Part shown: positions 1 through 8,510 of the stretch, piece after piece | How the letters are laid out: every line of letters starts with the position of its first letter | Position numbering within the stretch: the stretch's first letter is position 1 | Assembly: GCA_000146465.1 (NCBI GenBank) | Contig: CP001947.1 | Length of the DNA stretch: 64,000 nt | Direction: 5' to 3' (one strand) | Notes under the pieces: generated by a model | What the model was told of the DNA's origin: nothing | What the model saw: the letters and a program-made list of their open reading frames with translations, nothing else | The model's database searches: none | Made by a program: the position numbers and the translations under genes

Positions 1-163
1 TCATTATAACTTAGAAGAAAATGTCCAAGACGTCTGACACATCATTCCAATAAGGAGCAATGCTCTTACCGTCTCTTCTGCTGTCGGGAAAACGACTCGC
101 ATAAGCCCAGCAAGGCCTTTACTTAAGATTTTCCGGGGCCATACATATGAGCAAATTTTGAGC

Positions 164-907
164 CTATTTTCTCTGCTCTCTTGAAAGCCTGAGAATTGCA
201 GAGTAATCGAAGCCTATGGTATCTCCCCTCTTCATAGATTGTTTGGGAGATGGGTAGTACTTCTCATCGCCATCAACCCTCTCCGTAGGATTTTCCATGG
301 AATTCTTTACATCCTTGTCCTTCACTTCTTCTTTGTCTTCAGCATCCTTGCCCGCCTCCTGGCTACTCTTAACAACAACTGCTACGGCACTAGATTTCTT
401 CTTGGCCACTGAACCTTCTCCTGTGGCAGAACTCTTAGCTTTTTTCTCTTTCTTCTCTTTGTTTCTATAAACAGGATCTTCCCCAGCCCTTCTCCCAAGA
501 TCCTCGCTTAACATCCCATTCTTGTATAAGTCTCTATAGAGCCTGTCCAAAATACTAAGCTTGGACAGCAGCTTGAACTCATAGTCCTTTAGAAGCATAA
601 CCAACTCCTTTCCAACCTCCAGATCTCTTCCATTTTTGATAACATGCGATCCTCCAAGCTCTCCCATCAGGACATCGAAGTAGAATCTCCCGTTCATGTA
701 ATAGATCTCTTTGATTTGAAGCCAATTGATTTCTTCCTGATTTTGCGGGGAGTTCTTCAGGAAATAGGAGTCAAGTATTTCGGGATATTTAGAATACAGC
801 ATTTCACTGGTCATTCCATCTAATTCATTTGTATCTGCTATTGCATCAAAATCCGACCCATAGAAGCTTAAAAGCTCGATAAATCTCTTTTTCATGCCCG
901 AGTCCAT
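164..907 (-). CDS. hypothetical protein with Lys/Glu-rich C-terminal tail
   Basis: 247-aa ORF with no recognisable catalytic motif; charged low-complexity tail. Confidence 0.45.
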   Translation of the reverse strand: MDSGMKKRFIELLSFYGSDFDAIADTNELDGMTSEMLYSKYPEILDSYFLKNSPQNQEEINWLQIKEIYYMNGRFYFDVLMGELGGSHVIKNGRDLEVGKELVMLLKDYEFKLLSKLSILDRLYRDLYKNGMLSEDLGRRAGEDPVYRNKEKKEKKAKSSATGEGSVAKKKSSAVAVVVKSSQEAGKDAEDKEEVKDKDVKNSMENPTERVDGDEKYYPSPKQSMKRGDTIGFDYSAILRLSREQRK

Positions 908-1064
908 ACCCCCAATCCCAAATAATTTTATTATCCCAAAGAGCAGCCTCCTATCTCTTTAGACTTCAAGCGTCAGGTTTTGTAATGGATTTATTTGAAA
1001 CATTTATCATTATAGGAAGAGGGTGTTCAAGTATCAGCATTTGTTTTCCCATCCTACAGGCACA

Positions 1065-1871
1065 ATGGTACACATTGCCCTTATGTCTTTTATTCCAGGG
1101 GCTTTGTCTTGGTACGAACCTGCAATTGATCCGAGTAAGATCCCAAGAGACGATGCAATCCTGAGGTTTGGGGAAAGCGAGAGTTCAAACACCGGGGAAT
1201 ATTCTCCAGGGCATACTGATGAGAGAGTAACAGAAAACCAGCAAGACAACGATCCAGACATAAGCTTGAGTGACATTGATGAAAGGATTAACGAATATCC
1301 TTCGAAGGAAATACTTCCTCCACAGGTCCGGTCGATCCCAATTGCAGATGATGTCGAAGCAAAAATTGAAAAGGTCCGAGAACTAACAAAAGCATTCAAT
1401 AAGAAGATAGGAACAGAAAATGTGTCTGGGATCCATGACCGGGAGGCATGGAACAAGTTCTATGAATATTTGAAACTAAACTTCAAGGACTTCCTAATAG
1501 ACGGCCATCTCTCCATCGAACTCCACATTAGATATGTTCTGTGTTGCTATGTCGTTGCATTTATCCCAGCTGAGTTTGCATTTCTTTTTCCTGCCTCCTA
1601 CAAAATATTCATCCCAAAAAGAGCAATGAAGGTTCCTATCCTTGGCGATGCCATAAAGGGGATAGACAGGTTCTTGACATTTGTCAGTGACCGCAGCTCG
1701 AAGACATTCATCATAACATTTTATGTGGGACGTCAAAATTCCCTTGTGGAGGACATAGAGTTCATAAAGAGAGTTCCGGATCTTATATTCACAAATCCCA
1801 TAGAAATACTTAGAGAGATCCTGAAGTTCGAGATAAGGTCTGAAGGATATGACAACAAGAAAGAGCTATAG
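1065..1871 (+). CDS. hypothetical protein
   Basis: ORF-track start 1023 is GTG; first ATG about 1065 has CCC upstream; no recognisable domain. Confidence 0.4.
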   Translation: MVHIALMSFIPGALSWYEPAIDPSKIPRDDAILRFGESESSNTGEYSPGHTDERVTENQQDNDPDISLSDIDERINEYPSKEILPPQVRSIPIADDVEAKIEKVRELTKAFNKKIGTENVSGIHDREAWNKFYEYLKLNFKDFLIDGHLSIELHIRYVLCCYVVAFIPAEFAFLFPASYKIFIPKRAMKVPILGDAIKGIDRFLTFVSDRSSKTFIITFYVGRQNSLVEDIEFIKRVPDLIFTNPIEILREILKFEIRSEGYDNKKEL

Positions 1872-2069
1872 GGACCCACTCAAAGGGCTCTCCATCTTCT
1901 TGAGGCTTGTATTAACTAACCACAGAGCCAAGCAGGTTGGCATCCTTGAGGCACAAGGACTCAATTATCTTCGCCAATAAGAAACTGTAGGATCCGAGAG
2001 CTTTCAATTGGAAAGCATTGAAACAGGTGTTTTGCATAAAATATTTAATGGAAAAAGTATCAGGTCACA

Positions 2070-2318
2070 ATGAAGTTTATAGTTGGAATAATCTCAATCT
2101 TTGCAGTGTCAGTTTTCTCAACATCATCGCTGGGTACTTCTTCATCCAGAACTTTCACCAGTAGCAGGTACTACTCGGGCTCTTCAAGTAGTGGAAGCGG
2201 AGTAACCCCCTATTCTTCATACTATCATGGATATGGGGTTGGGACAGGGACAACAGTAGATCCTTTTGCAGATATTAGATCTGGAGCACTGGGAAGATCA
2301 TCTTCCATTCACTACTAA
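2070..2318 (+). CDS. small secreted Ser/Gly/Tyr-rich low-complexity protein
   Basis: ATG start; N-terminal hydrophobic signal-peptide-like segment MKFIVGIISIFAVSVFS, then an S/G/Y-rich tail. Confidence 0.4.
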   Translation: MKFIVGIISIFAVSVFSTSSLGTSSSRTFTSSRYYSGSSSSGSGVTPYSSYYHGYGVGTGTTVDPFADIRSGALGRSSSIHY

Positions 2319-2513
2319 GGTAACTCAACCTGAGGTACGTTAAATAAAGCAATAATGCACAAACTATCTTCTTTCTTCTTTCCAATAGGAATCCTCCATT
2401 GCAATTTGTTTCATATGCGGTGTGCAATTTGTTAGAGAAGTTGTCTTGGAGCCAATCATTTTGCTCAACAAGAAACAGAAAAATATAAAATAAAAAATCC
2501 GAAGGTTTGAAAA

Positions 2514-3266
2514 ATGAATCTAGGTACTCTCATTCCTTTTCTTGCATTAGCCCTTTGCGCAACTCCTGAGGCTTCAGGGGATTCAGGCACATCAGCTGAT
2601 TCATCGGGGCAGTTGGCATTTGCAGTTCCTGTATATGCAACTTCGGGAGGAAATAGAATTGTCAATGCCGTTTATGCAATCGTCCTTCTGGTGGCCATAG
2701 CTGTGATCAACCTCCCACGTAAGTCTCTCGAGCAGACACAGTATGCTGCTACATCGGCCTTGGGTGCATACTTCTTGATCTCCCACATCTTGCAGTCCAC
2801 AGGAATAGCACTAGAAATGGACATGATTGCTGCAGGTATTGTTGCTGTCCTTGCTGCCGTTATTTCTTACAACAAGATGCTCAGGAGTCTTCTCTTTGCC
2901 TTAATATCTGCTTATGGAACAACATATTTTGCTGTCCTGATAGTAAGACTCGAGTCGATTCTCTTTGCAGGAATCCTGGGTGTGGTTCTCTTCTTTGTAT
3001 ATATATTCCTCGGAAAGATGAAAGAAGATGGCAGACTCTTGGTTGCAATGGCCAAAGCAGATGTTTCCAGTCTTGGGTTTGCATCCTTCATAAACGTCTG
3101 GGGCGCCTTTGACATGTTTGGAGGAATGCATGGCATAAATGCAAGCGAAGGCCTGTTCCAAGGATTCCTTTTCGGGGGTATCATCATTGCTTTGGTTTTC
3201 GCTGTTGTGTTTACGATGAATTACTTCAGCGAGTGGACTCAAGAAAAGATGAACAGTGCCAGCTAA
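2514..3266 (+). CDS. multipass membrane protein with N-terminal signal peptide
   Basis: 250 aa; signal-like N-terminus followed by several hydrophobic helices. Confidence 0.5.
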   Translation: MNLGTLIPFLALALCATPEASGDSGTSADSSGQLAFAVPVYATSGGNRIVNAVYAIVLLVAIAVINLPRKSLEQTQYAATSALGAYFLISHILQSTGIALEMDMIAAGIVAVLAAVISYNKMLRSLLFALISAYGTTYFAVLIVRLESILFAGILGVVLFFVYIFLGKMKEDGRLLVAMAKADVSSLGFASFINVWGAFDMFGGMHGINASEGLFQGFLFGGIIIALVFAVVFTMNYFSEWTQEKMNSAS

Positions 3267-3610
3267 ACCTTGATAGGTTCCTGTATGGATGAAAATAAAC
3301 ACTTTTCTGTCCAATTACATATTAGAATTGTATTCTTCCAAGCCCTAATGACCGAGCCGAGGGTTGAAGATGTGTATCGCCCGTCTTTCCGCAAATGCAT
3401 TCTGAGGACCATGGGAGCATGCTTTATATCCGGCTATCTTGTGGGCTCTTCTTTTCGATTGGCTGCCGGAAGTAGATGCGACTACGGCCAATACCTTGCA
3501 AACAAGCTTTGTGCTGCTGGGGTGTGTTTCCAACTTGGAAGAAGACTGACTGCCGAGGTGGTAGGAGGGGTAAAAAAGAATTTTATTTCGTGGCGGCTTT
3601 CTCCCTGGAA

Positions 3611-5368
3611 ATGAAGCTATTTGGGCAGGAGTTGTCGACATATATGTATGGAAGGATACTGGACCGAAAGTTTATAACTCCTTCGGGATCATATGAGATA
3701 GAGCCGTTGGAGATTGCTTCTGGGATGCATCCAGTGAGATACAACGGGAAGATAGAAATCTTTTATGTGTCCCCGATATTCAACAGCTATCTTGTGTCCC
3801 GCGAAGAGAATGTTAATGTACTGTTTTCAGCAGACGGAAAGGTTACAATCACCAACGAGGATATAGACAAAGATACTCTGTACACTTTTCGGATTGTCCG
3901 GGAGACGAGCGATCTTAGAGTTGCCGAGATCTACAAGTTTGATACATTTTATCCTGGATTCAAGACGACTGGAGAAGTCAAGTGGAAGATAGGGAAGGAT
4001 GGGCGGAGGATTTACACAGTACAGACCAAATATGGGGATGGAACTCTGATTATGCAGAACAACAAAGAAAAGAATATTGTAAGTGTTCTTCTGTATAAAA
4101 AGGACAAGGAACTTCATTTCGTACAGGTCGACGACCCAATAAGCGGTATTGTAAAGATGACTGTGACGGCAGAGATGGGCAACAAATATGGGGTGAGGGA
4201 TCGTAATGTACGAGGATTTCTTATCACAAACAACACTTATAAGACTGGGGATTCTGTGGCATGCACAATTAAGGAAGTCTGGCTGGGAAACTACTTGTTT
4301 ACAGAGTATTTTGAGCTAGGGATAGGATCTATTATTGAAGCTCGTGTTAAGAGCTATGGAAAGAACAAGATATATCTTGAATATAAAGGCCACGAAGGAT
4401 ACATTTTGATTTCTGAATCCGAAGGAAGAAGATACGGAAACAATGTGAGGGGAACTGTGTATGACATAAAAGATGGTTTGTTCCTGCTGAGCACCAAGAG
4501 GATACCTGAATTGGAAAGAAAAGAGAAGGGGATTGATCTATCTGTTCCCTTCGATATCTCTGATCAGACAGAGGAATCAAGTGACTCTTTAGAAGAGGAT
4601 GTGGATGGAGTGAGCAGGTCTTTAGGGGCCGAAAGAAAAAGAAGCAAGACAGTAACAGAGGACGATATCTTAATGGACATCCACGCACATCCTGGAGAAG
4701 CGATTCCTGTGATCAAATACATACAATACAAAATCGAAATTGGAGAGGAAGGAGGACCCGAAGAGATTTTCCATAAGTTCCTTCCTATGATTGAGGGGGA
4801 AGAAAAGGATAAGCTTTGTATTTCGTTTGTGAACTACCTAATGTTTGTCAAGGATCCAGATTGCCTGAAGGTGATAAAGAAGTTGTCGAAGATATGCTCG
4901 GAACGATTCCTGGATGCTGTTGCATCCAACACCGACGACATCCAGGTCCTTAGGCTCTATTTTGAAAGGACGGAGACAAGGAAGTCCTTTGGAATGTACT
5001 TGGATGGGCTATTCAAAGCAGACCGAGAGGAAGCCATGAGACTTGTTGAAAAGCATAGAGAGCTCCTTGGCGTATCGATTGGTATAATATACAAGCATTG
5101 CGAGAACCCAAGAGCATGGGTGGAGAAGCTATTGGTTGACAAGAAGGATGTTTGGATGTCTTACATCCGAAACGAAAAAGGAACGTATCTTCGGAGCCTT
5201 TACAGAAGAGTTGTTGACAAGAAGTGGAAGGTGAGTGACATGAAGGAGTTCTACAAGATGTGGATGGATTATGAGAAGGAGAACAACGGAAATATAGAAG
5301 AAGTAAAGCTAAGAGCCAGAGAATATGTTGGGAGCATCAAGAACAATTCCGTGCATAGACAAGCATAA
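3611..5368 (+). CDS. hypothetical protein; possible S1-like OB folds plus C-terminal HAT/TPR-like repeats (Rrp5-like?)
   Basis: ORF track starts at 3476 but the first plausible ATG is 3611 (MKLFGQ...); repeated beta-rich segments; C-terminal W/Y-rich helical repeats (YIRNE, YRRVV, MWMDYEKEN). Confidence 0.45.
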   Translation: MKLFGQELSTYMYGRILDRKFITPSGSYEIEPLEIASGMHPVRYNGKIEIFYVSPIFNSYLVSREENVNVLFSADGKVTITNEDIDKDTLYTFRIVRETSDLRVAEIYKFDTFYPGFKTTGEVKWKIGKDGRRIYTVQTKYGDGTLIMQNNKEKNIVSVLLYKKDKELHFVQVDDPISGIVKMTVTAEMGNKYGVRDRNVRGFLITNNTYKTGDSVACTIKEVWLGNYLFTEYFELGIGSIIEARVKSYGKNKIYLEYKGHEGYILISESEGRRYGNNVRGTVYDIKDGLFLLSTKRIPELERKEKGIDLSVPFDISDQTEESSDSLEEDVDGVSRSLGAERKRSKTVTEDDILMDIHAHPGEAIPVIKYIQYKIEIGEEGGPEEIFHKFLPMIEGEEKDKLCISFVNYLMFVKDPDCLKVIKKLSKICSERFLDAVASNTDDIQVLRLYFERTETRKSFGMYLDGLFKADREEAMRLVEKHRELLGVSIGIIYKHCENPRAWVEKLLVDKKDVWMSYIRNEKGTYLRSLYRRVVDKKWKVSDMKEFYKMWMDYEKENNGNIEEVKLRAREYVGSIKNNSVHRQA

Positions 5369-5388
5369 TAAAGATATCTACCGGTATT

Positions 5389-6111
5389 TTAATCCATTGT
5401 TTCCATTGCAGACGACAATCCTGCTATTTTTTCCTTGAGTATCTTCAATCCCTCCAGAACAATGGCAAGAGGCCCAGCTCCGCCTTCGACAACCTCCACG
5501 CACATATAAATTTTGTCGACCCTCTGCATTGGATTGGCCTCTGCTTGTTTGACTCCAGGCCATTCTTCTTCTATGGACTCCTCGAACCAATAGTTTGTCT
5601 CTCTTCTGGCATTATCTTTGTCATATTCAAAGCTTATGGCCGATACCGGAGACCATTTTGCATGGGTCCTCCCAATCCCCTTTCGCCCAATGCATCGGGC
5701 TTTCAAGCCTTGGTCTCTTGCTAGCTTTGTAATGATGGGTCCGCTCTTGACTACCACATCTTCCTCATCACAAATAATGTCTCTTGTGCTCACAACCCTC
5801 AAGGCGTCTTCAGTGTGGACCACATCTATCTCAAACACGACCGAGCATTCCGAGCAGAATCCTGAGCAGCTGCATTCGTCCTTGTACTTGAGCTCCCTTT
5901 TCGAGTACACGGGAATCAGTCCAAGCCTGTGTGCAAGAACCTCATCTGGAAGTACTGTGTTGTTTCTTTCTATCTCCACCATGTCGATTGCAATGGTCGG
6001 TACTTCCGAAATCAGTATTCTCCTCAGTGCATTTGCATATCCTACCGTTGTATTGGAGAGTGTGAATCTTATGCGTTCCGGTGTCAACTCCTCTATAGAT
6101 AAGGCGATCAT
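5389..6111 (-). CDS. RPB3: DNA-directed RNA polymerase II subunit Rpb3
   Basis: Rpb3/RpoA-like N-terminus (SNTTVGYANALRRILISEVPTIAID) and the zinc loop CSCSGFCSEC (CxCxxxCxxC) that is specific to Rpb3 rather than AC40. Confidence 0.8.
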   Translation of the reverse strand: MIALSIEELTPERIRFTLSNTTVGYANALRRILISEVPTIAIDMVEIERNNTVLPDEVLAHRLGLIPVYSKRELKYKDECSCSGFCSECSVVFEIDVVHTEDALRVVSTRDIICDEEDVVVKSGPIITKLARDQGLKARCIGRKGIGRTHAKWSPVSAISFEYDKDNARRETNYWFEESIEEEWPGVKQAEANPMQRVDKIYMCVEVVEGGAGPLAIVLEGLKILKEKIAGLSSAMETMD

Positions 6112-6170
6112 CCTCCAGGGCTTCCAGAATTTTTAAGAAGTGATATTGCAACTAAGTGGCCTGCCCCTAA

Positions 6171-6455
6171 ATGCACAGTTCCTTTCTGAATCACTATTCA
6201 AAGGTTGTAAGCATGCTGTCTTTTGCCTTTGTGACTGTGCTTACTTTGATCTCGATCTTCAGAACTCATGCCGAGATGCCGAAGGCATTCAAAGTTGCTG
6301 CAATTTTGCTGCTGCTTCTGTCACTATGCCTCATAAGGTACATAGCAACAGTGCTCCATTTCAAGGGCTATGCATGGATGGGATATATACTTGCCCTCCA
6401 CGGGTCGCTGCTCTTCGTGCTTGTCCTTGGAGCAAGAGAAGGTTCTTACAAGTAA
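6171..6455 (+). CDS. small hydrophobic membrane protein (94 aa)
   Basis: ATG preceded by CCCC; sits in the 385 bp gap between the divergent Rpb3 and methyltransferase genes; three predicted TM helices. Confidence 0.35.
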   Translation: MHSSFLNHYSKVVSMLSFAFVTVLTLISIFRTHAEMPKAFKVAAILLLLLSLCLIRYIATVLHFKGYAWMGYILALHGSLLFVLVLGAREGSYK

Positions 6456-6495
6456 GGGTTTTGGATTCTTGAGGATTTGCCTCGCCAAGCCCTCG

Positions 6496-6999
6496 ATGGA
6501 CTGGTACGAGCCGGGAGAGGACACATACACACTAATGGATGTTTTGGAAGAAGAGGACCTGGAAATGAAGGTTATTCTGGACCTGGGAACATCGACTGGA
6601 ATAATAGCAGAGCATCTGGAAAAGAAAAACACTGTCCTATCGTCAGACATCAACATCAAAGCACTTCAAAACCATAGGGGAGGAAATTTAGTGAGGGCAG
6701 ACTTACTTCATGCAATAAATCAGCAACATGTGGATATTGTTGTGTTCAATCCTCCATATGTACTTGACTCCGACGACCCTGTCATAGGAGGGGGCCATCT
6801 TGGAAGAGAAGTGATCGATAGATTCATCAGTCTTCTCGAGATCGGGATTGTATATCTTCTTGTTATACAGGCCAACAAGCCAAGTGAGGTAATGAAGCTG
6901 CTTGAAGAAAAGGGATATAAAACCAAAATTCTTAGGGTGAGAAAGATCCTGGGAGAAACAATCTATATCATCAAGGGGGAAAGACACATAAAGAAATAG
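6496..6999 (+). CDS. MTQ2: eRF1 glutamine N5-methyltransferase (Mtq2/HemK2-like)
   Basis: N-terminal WYEPGEDT, the VILDLGTSTG SAM-binding motif and the NPPY catalytic motif (FNPPYV); start re-picked to the ATG at about 6496. Confidence 0.65.
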   Translation: MDWYEPGEDTYTLMDVLEEEDLEMKVILDLGTSTGIIAEHLEKKNTVLSSDINIKALQNHRGGNLVRADLLHAINQQHVDIVVFNPPYVLDSDDPVIGGGHLGREVIDRFISLLEIGIVYLLVIQANKPSEVMKLLEEKGYKTKILRVRKILGETIYIIKGERHIKK

Positions 7000-7085
7000 C
7001 CATTGTTTATTCTTTCGATCTCTAGCTTTCCTGGAGAGCATCTACATAAATGGCCTAGATATAGAAGAAGCATAGGAAAGTTGTT

Positions 7086-8423
7086 TCATCTTTCTTGAGA
7101 GGCATCTGGGCTTCTTGCATCTTTAAGAAGCCTAAATAGATAACTTATCATCTCTTCTCTCTTGACAATCTCTTTCTTCTTTGTTGCTGTTTCAAACACT
7201 TGCACAGAGTTGGCCAGCATTTCGGATTCTCCTATCACAACAATAAACGGGATCTTCTTTCCCATAGCATACTTCTGCTGGCTTTCAAATGACGATCTTC
7301 TAGTGTAGAAAGTTTCGGAGGGGATTCCTGCATCCAGAAGAACCTTAAGAGTTGCAAGTCTTTCATCAAGAAACAAGCCCCCAGAAGCCCCGACATAAAC
7401 CATTGTAGACGATTCCTTGGTGTATTCTTCATTCAGTAAAGAGAATATTCTGGAAACTCCTACAGAAAATCCAACACATGGAATAGTTGCACATCTCTCT
7501 CCTAGATTTTCTGTGAGGTTGTCGTATCTTCCTCCCCCAATCACAGATCCCACTGCTTTCCCCAGATACTCTGCTTCGAGGATCATCCCGGTATAGTAGT
7601 CCAGTCCTCTTGCTAAGGAGACATCCATTACCAGGCTCCTGCTGCATCCAAGAATCCTACAGAGTCTAAACAGCTCCTCCATGTCATGAATGGCTGCTTT
7701 ACATCTTTCTATCTTGTACACTGCATCCTCCTTCAGAAGCCCCAATATATCTTCTTTCCCTACCAATTCTATGTATTTCTTGATAGTTTTTACTTGGTCT
7801 TCATTCAATCCTTTTTGAATAAACTCTCTTTCGATGTCTTCCCATTTCATCTTCTCAATCTTGTCAATGGTCGAGCAGATCGTCCCGTAGCTCTCGTAAC
7901 CAACTCCAGCCACCTCTAGAATAGAGGTGAGGATCCTCCTGTCGTTTATCTTTATTCGGAACTCCCCAATTCCAAATTCCCTTAATATCCTATCCACACA
8001 ACTAACCACCTCTGCATCAGCCATCATTTGGACACATTCCCCAGCAATGTCGAAGTCCGCCTGCACAAACTCCCGGAGCCTTCCTCGGACTATCGAGGGC
8101 TGATCTCTTCTGTACACCCTTCCTATCTGATACCTCTTCATCCTCCTTATCCTGTTGGACGCCAAGTATCTTGCAAAAGGAACAGTAAGATCATATCTTA
8201 ATGCACAGATCTCTCCCCCTTGATCCTTCAAGTCATATATAAGCTTGGTGTCCTCTCCATACTTGTTGGTCAGAATGCTCTTCATCTCAAACGTTGGCGT
8301 TGAGATCGGAACAGCCCCATAGAGCACAAAAACCGTCCTGATCTTCTCTATAATTTCCTCGTACAAAAAACATTGTCTTGGAGGTTCATCAGCTGTACCC
8401 TTCGGAGTCTTCAGACTTATCAT
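7086..8423 (-). CDS. histidyl-tRNA synthetase
   Basis: Class II aaRS motifs and the HisRS signature RGLDYYTG; 445 aa. Confidence 0.9.
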   Translation of the reverse strand: MISLKTPKGTADEPPRQCFLYEEIIEKIRTVFVLYGAVPISTPTFEMKSILTNKYGEDTKLIYDLKDQGGEICALRYDLTVPFARYLASNRIRRMKRYQIGRVYRRDQPSIVRGRLREFVQADFDIAGECVQMMADAEVVSCVDRILREFGIGEFRIKINDRRILTSILEVAGVGYESYGTICSTIDKIEKMKWEDIEREFIQKGLNEDQVKTIKKYIELVGKEDILGLLKEDAVYKIERCKAAIHDMEELFRLCRILGCSRSLVMDVSLARGLDYYTGMILEAEYLGKAVGSVIGGGRYDNLTENLGERCATIPCVGFSVGVSRIFSLLNEEYTKESSTMVYVGASGGLFLDERLATLKVLLDAGIPSETFYTRRSSFESQQKYAMGKKIPFIVVIGESEMLANSVQVFETATKKKEIVKREEMISYLFRLLKDARSPDASQER

Positions 8424-8510
8424 TCCAGGGGCTTTTGATTTGTTTTACAGGTCTTCCCTGTTTCCCTTGTTTCATGATCTGGTTAAATCTGCTGCGCAAA
8501 CAACATTCAA

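Noticed and set aside
3270-3641. ORFs 3270..3614 (+) and 3345..3641 (-) upstream of the 3611 gene
   Set aside because: Overlap each other and the 5' region of the downstream gene; the ORF-track N-terminal extension from 3476 looks like read-through of the 5' UTR, so I prefer the ATG at 3611.
5618-6136. 172-aa + strand ORF
   Set aside because: Lies entirely antisense within the well-supported Rpb3 gene; Ser/Thr-rich mirror-frame artefact.
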